Shown here: positions 51,181 through 61,309 of the stretch, one piece after another
Position numbering within the stretch: the stretch's first letter is position 1
How the letters are laid out: each line of letters starts with the position of its first letter
From: Candidatus Hydrogenedentota bacterium
Lineage (GTDB): Bacteria > Hydrogenedentota > Hydrogenedentia > Hydrogenedentales > JAEUWI01
Direction of reading: 5' to 3'
NCBI GenBank assembly: GCA_034669905.1
Contig: JAXMOL010000019.1
Span: forward strand, 1-64,000
Length of the DNA: 64,000 nucleotides
Made by a program: the position numbers and the translations under genes
The notes under the pieces: model-generated
The model's input: the letters and a program-made list of their open reading frames with translations, nothing else
The model's database searches: none
What the model was told of the DNA's origin: nothing

Positions 51181-51945
51181 GTGAGCGCGCCTCTCGTAGC
51201 CGTGAAGGATTTGGTGGCCCACTACGGGGATACGCTGATCCTGGACAACGTTTCCTGCAGCGTAAATCCGGGCGAAATTTTTGTCATCGTGGGCGGCAGC
51301 GGCTGCGGCAAGACCACCCTGTTGCGCCATATGTGTGGTCTTCATGCCGCCACTTCCGGAAGCATTATCTACCGCGAGCAGGATATCACCCAGCTGGATG
51401 AAGATGAACTGGCCCGGCTGCAGCGCACTATCGGCATCGCCTTTCAGTCGAGTGGCCTGTTCAACTCCATGACCGTAGGCGACAACGTCGCCCTCCCGAT
51501 ACGGGAATATGGCGATGTGGACGAGCGGCTGATAGATGCGATCGTGCGCATGAAATTGAGTTTTGTGGGCCTCGGTGATTCTGGCCACCTTATGCCCAGC
51601 GAGCTTTCGGGGGGCATGCGAAAACGGGCCGGGCTCGCCCGGGCCATCGCGCTCGACCCCCCACTCGTATATTTTGACGAACCGTCCGCCGGACTCGACC
51701 CCATCATGGCGGCGGGGCTCGATGAATTAATTCTGGACATGCGCGATTTGCTCGGACTCACCTTCGTGATTGTCACCCATGAGCTGGATTCCATTCGCAC
51801 GGTCGCCGATCGCATTCTGATGTTGGATCGGGGCAAGGCTATTTTTACCGGTACCGTAGAAGAAGCGGAGCACTCCGACGTGGAGCGGGTCAAGCAACTG
51901 TTCGAACGGCGGCCCGACGAGTTCATCGCCCAACGCAATGTTTAA
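51181..51945 (+). CDS. MlaF/Ttg2A family ABC ATPase
   Basis: GGSGCGKT, LSGGMRKRAGLARA, DEPSAGLDP; GTG start inferred. Confidence 0.9.
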   Translation: MSAPLVAVKDLVAHYGDTLILDNVSCSVNPGEIFVIVGGSGCGKTTLLRHMCGLHAATSGSIIYREQDITQLDEDELARLQRTIGIAFQSSGLFNSMTVGDNVALPIREYGDVDERLIDAIVRMKLSFVGLGDSGHLMPSELSGGMRKRAGLARAIALDPPLVYFDEPSAGLDPIMAAGLDELILDMRDLLGLTFVIVTHELDSIRTVADRILMLDRGKAIFTGTVEEAEHSDVERVKQLFERRPDEFIAQRNV

Positions 51946-52001
51946 CGGGGTGGTCCCTGAGGCAGCCCGACGCTGCCCCTCCCCCCTCTTAGGAGTACAA
52001 C

Positions 52002-52985
52002 GTGGCCACGAAAAAAGTTAAGGCGAAAGTCGGTGTGTTTCTGACGGTCTGCTTTGCCATTATGATTGGCGGCATCGTCTACATATCCGGACTGTACAAC
52101 GACGCGGGCATGCACTTCTGGCTCGAATTTGAAGACTCCGTACTCGGGGTCTATGAAGGCGGTATTGTCCAATACATCGGTGTGCCGGTGGGCAAGGTAT
52201 CGGATATCGCCGTTACGTCCAACAACCGTGCCCATATTGAGATTATTATCAACCCCGACAAGGTGACCCTCCATCGGGGGGTAGAGGCCCAGTTGGTGCT
52301 TTACAGCCTGGCGGCAGGCACCATGGCCATTGAACTCTCCGGCGGTGATCCCGACAAGGGCCCCCTCCCGGCCAACAGTGAAATCCCCGCCCGTGCCTCG
52401 GCCTTTGCCTCCATCAGCACCAAAGTGGAAGAGCTGATGGATGATGCCTCGTCCATCATCGACAAGGTCAACGTGGGGCTCAGTGGCATGGAGTCCGGCG
52501 ATCTGGCCAAGATCGTCGAGCGTGCCCAGAACGTGATGGAAGAGATCGAAGGGCTGCTTTCTGAAACGCGCAGCACCATGGGGTCGACTCGGGAGCTCAT
52601 CGCAAAGGTCGAAGACCGCATTGACCCCGTGCTCGATGAAGTCGTCTCCCTGAGCTCAGAACTACGAAGTACGTCGGGTGATGCGAGTGACTTTCTGAAA
52701 GTGGCCACGAAGAAAGCCGAAGCCCTGGACGTCGAAGGGATCGGTGGACAGGTGGACGATGTATTGACACAGATAACCGAACTTGCGGTTCAACTCAATA
52801 AGTCGGTGGATACACTGGACAACTCCTCGGTCACCATGTTGCACAAGGCCGACAATATCGAATTCACATTCCGGAGCACCCTGCTGGAAACGACCGACAC
52901 CCTGTTGGCCCTGGAAGCCCTGGTAAAACAACTGAGAGAAAACCCCTCCTCGCTTCTGCGTGGCAAAGGGAGGATTAAGGAATGA
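52002..52985 (+). CDS. MCE/MlaD family protein with long helical region
   Basis: N-terminal TM; V.G...G..V.Y.GVPVGKV; ends NPSSLLRG. Confidence 0.9.
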   Translation: MATKKVKAKVGVFLTVCFAIMIGGIVYISGLYNDAGMHFWLEFEDSVLGVYEGGIVQYIGVPVGKVSDIAVTSNNRAHIEIIINPDKVTLHRGVEAQLVLYSLAAGTMAIELSGGDPDKGPLPANSEIPARASAFASISTKVEELMDDASSIIDKVNVGLSGMESGDLAKIVERAQNVMEEIEGLLSETRSTMGSTRELIAKVEDRIDPVLDEVVSLSSELRSTSGDASDFLKVATKKAEALDVEGIGGQVDDVLTQITELAVQLNKSVDTLDNSSVTMLHKADNIEFTFRSTLLETTDTLLALEALVKQLRENPSSLLRGKGRIKE

Positions 52986-53617
52986 CCATGGTACGTTTGA
53001 TATGCGGTTGTGTGGCCGTGGGCACCTTGCTTTCCGGATGCCTGACCCCTAAGACGGTCGAGCCCACGCGTTTCTATACACTTTCCCCCGCCGCCTTGCA
53101 TTCCGGGGAGCCCACGTATCCCGGTGCACTTGGCATCCGTCCCCTCCTGGCGGCACGGCCCTATAAGTTGGAAATCGCCTATCGGGCGGAGACGAATCGG
53201 TTGGCCTATTTCCCCAAATCGGAGTGGGCAGAGCTACCGGGCACCATGGTGAGTCGGGCGCTCTCCGATGGTATCACCCGTAACCACCTCTTCGAGGACA
53301 CGGGCGACGCCGCGACCATGTCGCGTCCCGATTACCTGTTTACCGGTGAGTTGCGCCGATTCGAGGCCGATTATTCGGGAGCGTCACCGGCGTTTGTGGT
53401 GGAAGCCTCGTTCAGCATTCGTGCTGCCCTCTCCGGAGAAGGGCTCTGGCGCAAGGTCGTCGATGTACGCATACCCATCAGTCCCCGGGATGTGACCAGC
53501 GCGAATAACGACACCCTGTCCGAAATCGCCCAAGCCGCCAGCGAAGCCGTCACGAAATTGACCGAGCTGGTCGCTGCGGACATCCGGGAACAATTGAAGG
53601 CCGAAACGGCCCCGTGA
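52982..53617 (+). CDS. PqiC/ABC_trans_aux-like lipoprotein
   Basis: Lipobox LSGC, FYTL, WAELP, GELRRFEAD. Confidence 0.85.
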   Translation: MTMVRLICGCVAVGTLLSGCLTPKTVEPTRFYTLSPAALHSGEPTYPGALGIRPLLAARPYKLEIAYRAETNRLAYFPKSEWAELPGTMVSRALSDGITRNHLFEDTGDAATMSRPDYLFTGELRRFEADYSGASPAFVVEASFSIRAALSGEGLWRKVVDVRIPISPRDVTSANNDTLSEIAQAASEAVTKLTELVAADIREQLKAETAP

Positions 53618-53760
53618 CCTTGTTTATCGTTCCCGGTGCTCCGTGCCTCTGGCCGCCGTGCAACGTGAACACCGGGTGAAACTGGCGCCGAGCTGCGGGC
53701 AGGGAGACGGAGCGGCTTCGCCCTGGAAGGGGTGCGCATCCTGCCGCTCCCTTCGGCCTG

Positions 53761-55566
53761 CTACGGGGAAACCAGATTACTAATATCGGTATCCCCTTGC
53801 TCAAGGATGTGCTGAATCAGGGCATTCCAGTCGGTGGAGCTGGCGTGGGGATTGTTCACCACATCCTGTGCCGCCATGACGTATTGGGTCACTTCGGCGA
53901 TGCTACCCGCCAGGATGTTTAAGGTCTCACCCAGCAAGGCGACATTCTCGGGCTGCTGGAGGATATCCGCAATGCCCTGCAGGGCATAGATAGCGTCTTG
54001 CTGGGTCTCCAGACCGGCCTGCTGCAACAGGGCCATGTCTGCGCCGTCTGTCACTTGCACCCCCAGCTGATTGACCGCATTATAGATCTGTTGCGCCGTT
54101 TCATGATCCCCCTGCTGCTCATAGAGGGCACCATAGTCGAGCAATTCATTGCGCAGGGAAGCAATATCCGCCGCTTCCGCCTGCCCGGCCGTTGATACGG
54201 CCAGATAGCGCGCCACATCGGCGTCCAGCCCACTGGCCCGCAACACCGCTTCCCGCTGGCGCATGCTTTCGAGGGTGTAGGGATCGGCTTCTGAACCTGC
54301 CGCACCGGCCGAGAGGGCATTCATCCCAGCCTCCACATCGCCACGGGCCATATGGTCCGCCGCAAGCAGGTAGTGGGGCAAGGCATTGTCCTTGTTCAGG
54401 GCGAGGAGCCCTTCCAACTGAGCCTGCCGTTCACCGGCCGCGTCTGGATTGCCAGCGAGGCTTTGGGCCAGGGCGTATTTGAGACTCTCGTTTTCCGGAT
54501 CGTTGGCCAGGGCCGCACGCAATACGGCCGCCGCATCTTCCTGGGAGAGAAACTGGGCCGCGCCCAAGAGCGCATCATCGCTCAGATTCATGTTCTGGAG
54601 CAATTGATTGGCCTCATCGGCACTTAAACTCGCGAGCTGCTCAAAGGCCGCCAGGTTATTCACCAACGAACGGCGCCGCGCATTGATGGCCTCCTGGAGG
54701 GTCAATGGCTGGTTCGGATCGGGGGTTCCGGGCGCCACTTCGGGCATGTTTTCACCGGCCCCATTATTCATGGCCAGCGTATCGTGGGGCACGACCCGCT
54801 CCAGGGAAAGCACGTTCGCATCCGACGCAGGGCCCTTCTCTCCTCCCCCATTCGGTAATTGCGTGATTTCAGAAGTACCCGCGCCACCCGGGGTCTGGCC
54901 CTGATAAACGAACCATGCCGCCGTCACACAGAGTGCCGCGGCCGCGGCCCAGCCCACATAGGGCAACCAGGAATCCGACGAGGGCGGAGCGACCAACGTT
55001 TCCCCAACCGGACGGGCGCGCATGGGCACCACATTCGCACGGGGTGCGTTCTTAGACTGTTGGGCAAGCTGCCCCATTACACCCTCGCGCAGGTCGACGG
55101 AAGGAAACGCTTCCGTCAAGGAATCGCCAAGGGCATTGAGTGACTCCGCCAGGGGGCCGAAACTTAAATCGAGCTCTGCATCGCTCACGTGTGCGGCACG
55201 GGCGGCCTCGGTAACGGGCCCGACCAGGTCCACCCTGGGCACCGCTCGGTGCAAGGCCTGCTCGGTGGCTTCCAGCGCCTCCTCCACGACAAAATAGGGG
55301 CGGTCCGTACCGCTGCGGGTTTCCCAATGGAGATGGCACAGGGCGTCTTCCATATCGGCCCGGAGGTCGACCGGGGGCATTTCGGCACGCAACGCGTCTC
55401 CGAGGCCATCCAGGACGGAAGCCACCGTCTGAAGCTCCGCAAAGCGACGGGCAAAGACGGGTTCCGCTTTCAAACGGGCTTCGGCACTTGCGCGCTCGGC
55501 ACTTCCATCGGGAGTGTCCAGCAAGAGGGCCAGATCCCGGTCATCTCGTTCGGGCAAGGTTTTCAC
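53761..55566 (-). CDS. Putative anti-sigma factor (single TM, helical/TPR-like extracytoplasmic domain)
   Basis: 4-bp overlap with the ECF sigma gene; WAAAAAL TM signature; LDxPxN/NALPHY TPR-like segments. Confidence 0.65.
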   Translation of the reverse strand: MKTLPERDDRDLALLLDTPDGSAERASAEARLKAEPVFARRFAELQTVASVLDGLGDALRAEMPPVDLRADMEDALCHLHWETRSGTDRPYFVVEEALEATEQALHRAVPRVDLVGPVTEAARAAHVSDAELDLSFGPLAESLNALGDSLTEAFPSVDLREGVMGQLAQQSKNAPRANVVPMRARPVGETLVAPPSSDSWLPYVGWAAAAALCVTAAWFVYQGQTPGGAGTSEITQLPNGGGEKGPASDANVLSLERVVPHDTLAMNNGAGENMPEVAPGTPDPNQPLTLQEAINARRRSLVNNLAAFEQLASLSADEANQLLQNMNLSDDALLGAAQFLSQEDAAAVLRAALANDPENESLKYALAQSLAGNPDAAGERQAQLEGLLALNKDNALPHYLLAADHMARGDVEAGMNALSAGAAGSEADPYTLESMRQREAVLRASGLDADVARYLAVSTAGQAEAADIASLRNELLDYGALYEQQGDHETAQQIYNAVNQLGVQVTDGADMALLQQAGLETQQDAIYALQGIADILQQPENVALLGETLNILAGSIAEVTQYVMAAQDVVNNPHASSTDWNALIQHILEQGDTDISNLVSP

Positions 55567-56189
55567 ATATCTTCTCGTGACAGGACAAAATCATTCCGCA
55601 GCTGTTTTAAAATACGATGCAACCGGGTGCGCACGGCGCCTTCCGTGCTACCAATTGTATCGGCAATTTCCCGGGCAGATAGTTTCTGAAAGTAGCGCAA
55701 GACCACGATCTCGCGCGCTTCCTCTGCCAGGCCATCGAGCATTTCCAAGAGTGCCCGATGTCTTTCTTTCGTGAGTAACTGCTCGTAAGGACCGTCGGCG
55801 GGCGCCTGCATTACCTCGCCGGATTCGTCACGGGCAGAACTTGCATACTCTTCCAGGGTCTCCATATGGACCGTTTTACGCCGCTTCAATTCGTTGAGGC
55901 AGAGGTTCCGGGCAATACAGAGCATCCAGGGTTTAAACTTTCGGTCCACCTCAAAACGCGCGCGGGCCGAGTAGATGCGCAGGAAGGTCTCCTGGGCCAT
56001 CTCCTTGGCCAGCTCGACATTCTTCAGATAGTGAAGACAAAAACGGAAGACGTCGTTCTGATAGCGCTCCACGAGGGTACCGAGGGCTTCATCGTCGCCC
56101 CCGTCCAACGCAGCCATCAGTGCCTCATCGGTCACTTCCCCTGCGCTCGTCATGCAATTTTCCGCCTGGTCAAGCGCACGTATCGCCAT
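55563..56189 (-). CDS. ECF RNA polymerase sigma factor
   Basis: DEALM, LVERYQ, QETFLRIY, W...IARN, EIA...G..EGAVRTRLHR. Confidence 0.93.
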   Translation of the reverse strand: MAIRALDQAENCMTSAGEVTDEALMAALDGGDDEALGTLVERYQNDVFRFCLHYLKNVELAKEMAQETFLRIYSARARFEVDRKFKPWMLCIARNLCLNELKRRKTVHMETLEEYASSARDESGEVMQAPADGPYEQLLTKERHRALLEMLDGLAEEAREIVVLRYFQKLSAREIADTIGSTEGAVRTRLHRILKQLRNDFVLSREDM

Positions 56190-56293
56190 CCTGTATTCCT
56201 CAGCTTTAATCTCCGGATAGTAGTACAAGCCACGGGGCAAAACATCACATATTCCTTTTAAATCCGGGGCACAGCACGGCCCCCAACACAACT

Positions 56294-56319
56294 TAACCTA
56301 TTGTAATTAAACCTGTTGC
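56294..56319 (-). promoter_or_regulatory. Candidate ECF-dependent promoter
   Basis: Minus strand GCAAC-N17-GTTA in AT-rich DNA upstream of the sigma gene. Confidence 0.35.
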
Positions 56320-56337
56320 GCCAGACAAGCGTGCAGT

Positions 56338-56949
56338 TCAGTTTTCCGGCTGGCCAAATTGGACAGAGACGGGGGCCCGCCCGGCAGAGCGGGCCATATC
56401 GATGGTCTCGAGGTAGGCATTTACCGCCTCAATGGCCTGGCGCGCTTCCTTGAGGGCGGCGCGCCGCAACCCCACATCGTCGGGATAGCGGGCCATTGTG
56501 GTGCAGCGCTGCGCGGCGGCACGGAGGGTCAGATAACTCGCGATCGCGGGCATGGCGTTGTTGTCCATGCGCTGCTCCAGAAAACGCAGCTCACTGCGAA
56601 ACACCCGCTCGATCCACAGGCGCCCATCGGCGGAAATCCGGCCATCTGCCCCCGTTGTATGGTGCGCATAGTCATTGCAGGCCCGGGTCAGGTCATTGGC
56701 AAAGCCCCGCAGCAGAATGGCCCGCTGCTGGACCACCGGGTTCAAGGGAACCTCATCGGCCATGCCCTGGGTCAGCCACCGCACCATGCCATAGGAAAGG
56801 AGCATGGCAAAGCAGCAGGCACCCAGGCCCAGGAAAAACGCCAGGAGACGACGCCGAAGAACCGCGAGGAAGGGGGACGCATACCGCGCCCGGGCGTTTG
56901 CGGTACTATTTTCGGGGCGCACGGAGCAAACGCCGCAAATTGGCTTCAT
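56338..56949 (-). CDS. Hypothetical membrane-anchored protein (start uncertain)
   Basis: ORF filling the gap between genes; one TM followed by a helical domain. Confidence 0.5.
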   Translation of the reverse strand: MKPICGVCSVRPENSTANARARYASPFLAVLRRRLLAFFLGLGACCFAMLLSYGMVRWLTQGMADEVPLNPVVQQRAILLRGFANDLTRACNDYAHHTTGADGRISADGRLWIERVFRSELRFLEQRMDNNAMPAIASYLTLRAAAQRCTTMARYPDDVGLRRAALKEARQAIEAVNAYLETIDMARSAGRAPVSVQFGQPEN

Positions 56950-57751
56950 TATTCATCCAGGCAACTGCCCGGTCATAATCGCCATATTCTTCTTCGCGCC
57001 GACGGAAGGCGGGTGGATGAATCAGGCGGCGCCCCGTCGGCCCTTCCTCAATCCCCATGTGGGCGTGGAGCATTTCATGAAAAACGATGTAGCGGATAAA
57101 ATAGATGGGCACGAAGGCCTGATCCAGATAGGGATGAATGCGAATCAGGTTGTCATCGGGGGTAAAACTTCCGAAACGGATGGAGCGACGCAGCCGTCGG
57201 GAGGGCATCTTGCCCCAGGTAATGGGTGTATCAATGGTCCCCCCGAATTCCTCCGCATTGACCTCCTGATAGAGCTGCTCCAGATCCACAAATTCCCCTT
57301 TTGTCCGCAATATAATACGCCGAGAGGACTTGGCGGCAATCAGGTGGCGGCGCTCCGCAATAAACGATTCCAGTTTCTTTCCGGCTGATTTGGTCCGGGG
57401 ACGCTGAATCCAGGTGCCGAGGGCCTTCCGTATGGGCTCCGGCGCATCGAGAAACATGTGGTGCAGCCCCACAATGGCCCGTCCGCTGGCCTGTTCGTAG
57501 CGCAGGGTCATCATCGTGGAGGTGTTATTGGTAATACGCAGCCGGATATCAACCCCCGTATCGGCCATCAGGGCCTCGTGCAGGGCATCGGCCCGCTGTT
57601 GTGCGGTGCTCCGCTCCGGCAGGGCCGCCACGTTCTGGGAACGACAGGCCAGGGCGGGAGGGGGCGCGAGGGCCTCGGGGGGATCGGTGGGCGGCGGGGT
57701 CCCGTTATCGTCTGGGGCACCAAAGGGCAACTCAAGCTGATGGTTGTCCAC
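56906..57751 (-). CDS. SprT/YgjP-like zinc metalloprotease domain protein
   Basis: LHHMF, ITWG, IRIHP.LD..VP, HEMLH...H; GTG start after GGAG. Confidence 0.75.
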   Translation of the reverse strand: MDNHQLELPFGAPDDNGTPPPTDPPEALAPPPALACRSQNVAALPERSTAQQRADALHEALMADTGVDIRLRITNNTSTMMTLRYEQASGRAIVGLHHMFLDAPEPIRKALGTWIQRPRTKSAGKKLESFIAERRHLIAAKSSRRIILRTKGEFVDLEQLYQEVNAEEFGGTIDTPITWGKMPSRRLRRSIRFGSFTPDDNLIRIHPYLDQAFVPIYFIRYIVFHEMLHAHMGIEEGPTGRRLIHPPAFRRREEEYGDYDRAVAWMNNEANLRRLLRAPRK

Positions 57752-57973
57752 GTAAACTCCCTTTAACTCTGCACAGTTCAATCTGCCATCGGTGGGCACC
57801 ACGTACCCGACGGGTACCCAAACTAACCGTTGAAACGATAGCAGATCAACGCCCTGAACCCCAAAAAAGGATGGGACGACTCCCGGAATGCCGCCCCCCC
57901 GGCCATTGGCGAATCCCCCTCCGAATGCTCTATGCTAGGGCGACACGGAATAACATGCAGGGAGTGCGAAAGG

Positions 57974-60133
57974 ATGCGCGTATTAGTCACGGGCGGAGCC
58001 GGCTATCTTGGCTGCTGCCTGGTGCCAGCGTTGGAGGAACGGGGACATCGGGTGCGCGTCTTTGATCGGGGCTGTTTCGGTTTCGACGGACTCCCCCACT
58101 CCTGCGAGCAGATACAGGGAGATATCCGGCGTCTCCAGGAACACCCCACCCTGATGGATGGTATCGATACGGTCATCCACCTTGCGGGCCTGGCCAACGA
58201 CCCCTCCTGCGATCTGGATCCCGAAATGGCGTGGGATGTAAACGTGGAAAGCACGTTGGAACTGGCCCATCTGGCGATCAAGGCCGGGGTGAAACGATTC
58301 CTGTTTGCGTCATCCTGTGCGGTCTACGGACAGGGCGTATTCAGCCGGCTGGATGAAGCCAGCCCGGCCAACCCCGTTTCGACCTTCGGGCGGAGCAAAC
58401 GGGCGGCCGAGGAAGGGCTACTTCGGCTCTCCTCTCCCCACTTCCACCCGATCCTGGTCCGGGCCGGCACCTTGTTTGGCGTTTCCCCCCGGATGCGCTT
58501 TGACCTCGCCATCAATCAAATGGTCGCCACCGCCAAACGGGATGGCCGTATCGAAGTACGCGGCGGCGGCCGACAGTGGCGCCCCTTCATCCACGTACGC
58601 GATGCGGCCCGGGCCTATGCCGATCTGGTGGATGCGCCCCCAGCCGCCCTGCCGGAGTCGACCTACAACCTGGGATTCAATGCCCTGAACCTCCAAATTG
58701 CCTCCCTGGCGGAACACGTCGCAACGGCGCTGGGGGGCGTCCGGGTGGAACATGCCACGGACGATGCCGATTTACGTGATTTTCGGGTCAATTTCGAACG
58801 CCTGGAACAGACCCTTGGCCTGGAGATTTCCTGCGACCTGGCGGCAGGGGTCCAGGAGTTGGCCGACTATGTGGACAGCCTGTCATTGCCCCCTTTTTCC
58901 GAGGTCTTCTTCAATGCCGAACGCATGCGCCGTCTGCGCGAGACCCCCGTCTCCGAAGGCGGCGACCCGGTGGCGGCCCGTTTTGTGCCACTGAGTCGTC
59001 CGAGCCTGGGGCCGGAAGAAGAGGAAGCCGTGGTCGAGATATTGCGATCGGGCTGGCTTACGTCCGGCCATCAGATCGCGGCATTTGAACAGGCCTTCTC
59101 CGAAGCGGTAGGGGCGGCCCATACGGTCGCCGTCAATTCGTGTACGGCCGCCATCCACCTGTGTTTGGCAGATTGCGGCGTAACGCCAGGCGACGAAGTA
59201 ATCTCGACTCCGATTACCTGGGCCTCTACGGGCAACACCTTGCTGAATATGGGGGCGCGGGTCGTTTTCGCAGATGTAGAACCCGACACACTGAACCTCG
59301 ATCCCGCGAAGGTGGAAGCGGCCATTACGGAACGCACACGGGCCATTATCCCAGTCCATCTGGCGGGCCATCCCTGTGATATGACGGCACTTCGCGCCAT
59401 CGCCCGGAAACATCACGTCGCCCTGATCGAAGATGCGGCACACGCACTGGGTGCCCAATATGGGAACACTCCCATCGGCGGGGACAGTGACTACGCCTGT
59501 TTCAGTTTTTACTCCATCAAAAACATTACGACGATTGAAGGGGGGATGGTCGCCCTGCGGGATCCCGAGCGGGCGGATCATATTCGCCGGCTGGCCACCA
59601 ATGGCATGCAACAGACCGCCTGGGATCGCTATGGTCGCAGTGCACTGGCCCGCCCGCTGGAGGTCCACGAACCCGGCTTCAAGTACTTAATAGGCAATGT
59701 GAGCGCCGCCATGGGGGTGGAACAACTCAAGAAACTGACCCACTTCAGCGCCTCTCGTCACCGTCTGGCGCGTATGTATCAGGAAGTACTTGCAGACATA
59801 CCCGAAATTACGCTACCTTCACTACGTCCGGGCATTACCCATGCGTGGCATCTGTACATGATACGGCTCAATCTTGAGGGACTTCGATGTACCCGGGATG
59901 AGTTTGCGCACGCGTTGCGCCAGGAAAATATTGGCACGGGTGTACACTTTTACGGACTACATCTTCATCATTATTATCAGGGGGAGCTCGGATTTCATGA
60001 CACGGACTTCCCAGTTGCGACGGAGGCATCCCGCCGTATTCTCTCTCTCCCGCTCCACCCGCAACTGACCGATCGCAACGTGTATGAGGTCGCCACGGCG
60101 GTGCGAAAAGTGGTGGAACACCATCGGCGTTAA
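57974..60133 (+). CDS. Fused NAD-dependent epimerase/dehydratase + DegT/DnrJ/EryC1/StrS aminotransferase
   Basis: VLVTGGAGYLG, HLAGL, SSCAVYG, RPFIHV.D; then SGWLT, NSCTAA, IEDAAHALG, FSFYSIKNITTIEGG, LSLPLHP. Confidence 0.92.
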   Translation: MRVLVTGGAGYLGCCLVPALEERGHRVRVFDRGCFGFDGLPHSCEQIQGDIRRLQEHPTLMDGIDTVIHLAGLANDPSCDLDPEMAWDVNVESTLELAHLAIKAGVKRFLFASSCAVYGQGVFSRLDEASPANPVSTFGRSKRAAEEGLLRLSSPHFHPILVRAGTLFGVSPRMRFDLAINQMVATAKRDGRIEVRGGGRQWRPFIHVRDAARAYADLVDAPPAALPESTYNLGFNALNLQIASLAEHVATALGGVRVEHATDDADLRDFRVNFERLEQTLGLEISCDLAAGVQELADYVDSLSLPPFSEVFFNAERMRRLRETPVSEGGDPVAARFVPLSRPSLGPEEEEAVVEILRSGWLTSGHQIAAFEQAFSEAVGAAHTVAVNSCTAAIHLCLADCGVTPGDEVISTPITWASTGNTLLNMGARVVFADVEPDTLNLDPAKVEAAITERTRAIIPVHLAGHPCDMTALRAIARKHHVALIEDAAHALGAQYGNTPIGGDSDYACFSFYSIKNITTIEGGMVALRDPERADHIRRLATNGMQQTAWDRYGRSALARPLEVHEPGFKYLIGNVSAAMGVEQLKKLTHFSASRHRLARMYQEVLADIPEITLPSLRPGITHAWHLYMIRLNLEGLRCTRDEFAHALRQENIGTGVHFYGLHLHHYYQGELGFHDTDFPVATEASRRILSLPLHPQLTDRNVYEVATAVRKVVEHHRR

Positions 60134-60159
60134 TCCGGCTTTTCGGGACACGGCTTTGA

Positions 60160-60168
60160 TGGTATACT
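60160..60168 (+). promoter_or_regulatory. Extended -10 element
   Basis: TGg-TATACT about 26 nt before the GTG at 60195. Confidence 0.4.
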
Positions 60169-60194
60169 GTTTTTGATAACACAGGAGATAACAC

Positions 60195-60722
60195 GTGGAA
60201 TTGAAACTGGCGAAATGCGCCCGGTGTAGCAAGCTTTTCAGCAAGATACGCTCCGAAGTTTGCGACTCCTGCCAGCCGGATGAAGATTCCGATTTTAATA
60301 AGATTCACGAGGTTATCTCGCGAAATCGGGGGATTACGGCCGGGGAAGTCGCCACAGAAGCCGAGGTGCCGCTCGAATGCGTCTACCGCATGTTGCGGGA
60401 AGGCCGGATCGACAATGTGGAAGGGGACCACGCCGCTACCTGCGGACGGTGTGGTGCGCCTGCTATCAGCAGCACCAAGCGCCTTTGCGAGCGGTGTCTG
60501 ATTCTCCTGGACCGGGATTGCGCCCAGGCCATGTTGGAAATGCGCCAACGGATCCGTTCGAAAGAGGAAAGCGATATGAATGACATCCAGGAAGCCGTGA
60601 CGAAAAAGCGGTCTTCCCGGAAGAAATTGCGTGACCTCGAGCTGACACCCGAGCCGGACGAGAAGAAAGAAACCATTCGCCGCATGGTTGCGTCGGAGCG
60701 CTTTGGCAAGAAGAATAAGTAG
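60195..60722 (+). CDS. YvyF-like (flagellar operon-associated) double zinc-ribbon/HTH protein
   Basis: CxxC.KLF...CxxC, helix-turn-helix-like core ending LREGRI, second CxxC...CxxC. Confidence 0.7.
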   Translation: MELKLAKCARCSKLFSKIRSEVCDSCQPDEDSDFNKIHEVISRNRGITAGEVATEAEVPLECVYRMLREGRIDNVEGDHAATCGRCGAPAISSTKRLCERCLILLDRDCAQAMLEMRQRIRSKEESDMNDIQEAVTKKRSSRKKLRDLELTPEPDEKKETIRRMVASERFGKKNK

Positions 60723-60910
60723 GCCTTGGGGGCTGGGGACAACTCACACAATGGGACCGGGTTCGGTGTGGTATCAATGCGATTTGCCGTCACCACCTCG
60801 GGAGCGTTACTGTATAGCCAATCCTGCCACCCCGAATAGCCGATACCGTTGACGTGTATCCCACCTGGCAGGTGGCAACAGGTGCCCGCAGGGCCGGGAA
60901 AGTTTTCGTA

Positions 60911-61309
60911 GTGAGTTCCCTTACACATACGAAGTGTTTCAATCATGGTGCACGTGAAGCGGTGGCGCGATGCCCCGAGTGCAAGCGCCATTATTGTCGG
61001 GAATGTGTGACGGAACACGAGCATCGCCTGCTGTGTGCCTCGTGTATCGCCGCTCAGATAGGCGACACGGCCCCTTCCACACGACACCTCCCTTTCCGCG
61101 GTGTCGTCCAGTTCATGGGGGCACTCCTCCTGCTTTGGCTCGGATTCTACACCATGGGTCAGGCCCTCCTTCTGGTTCCCTCGACGTATCACGAAAACCG
61201 GGAGACCTTACTGGAGCGAATCCAGACCGAAGTGGATGACGACGAGGAAGTGGAAAACGAAAGCGCCGAATTCAGCCGCGACGTTCCGACGGGGAGTTCG
61301 CGACGGTGA
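60911..61309 (+). CDS. B-box-like zinc finger membrane protein
   Basis: CFNH..REAVARCPEC...YCREC..EH...LLCASC followed by one TM. Confidence 0.75.
   Translation: MSSLTHTKCFNHGAREAVARCPECKRHYCRECVTEHEHRLLCASCIAAQIGDTAPSTRHLPFRGVVQFMGALLLLWLGFYTMGQALLLVPSTYHENRETLLERIQTEVDDDEEVENESAEFSRDVPTGSSRR

Noticed and set aside
53700..53755. GGAGCGGC/GCCGCTCC inverted repeat between convergent genes
   Set aside because: Large loop and no U-tract; cannot be called a terminator or REP with confidence.
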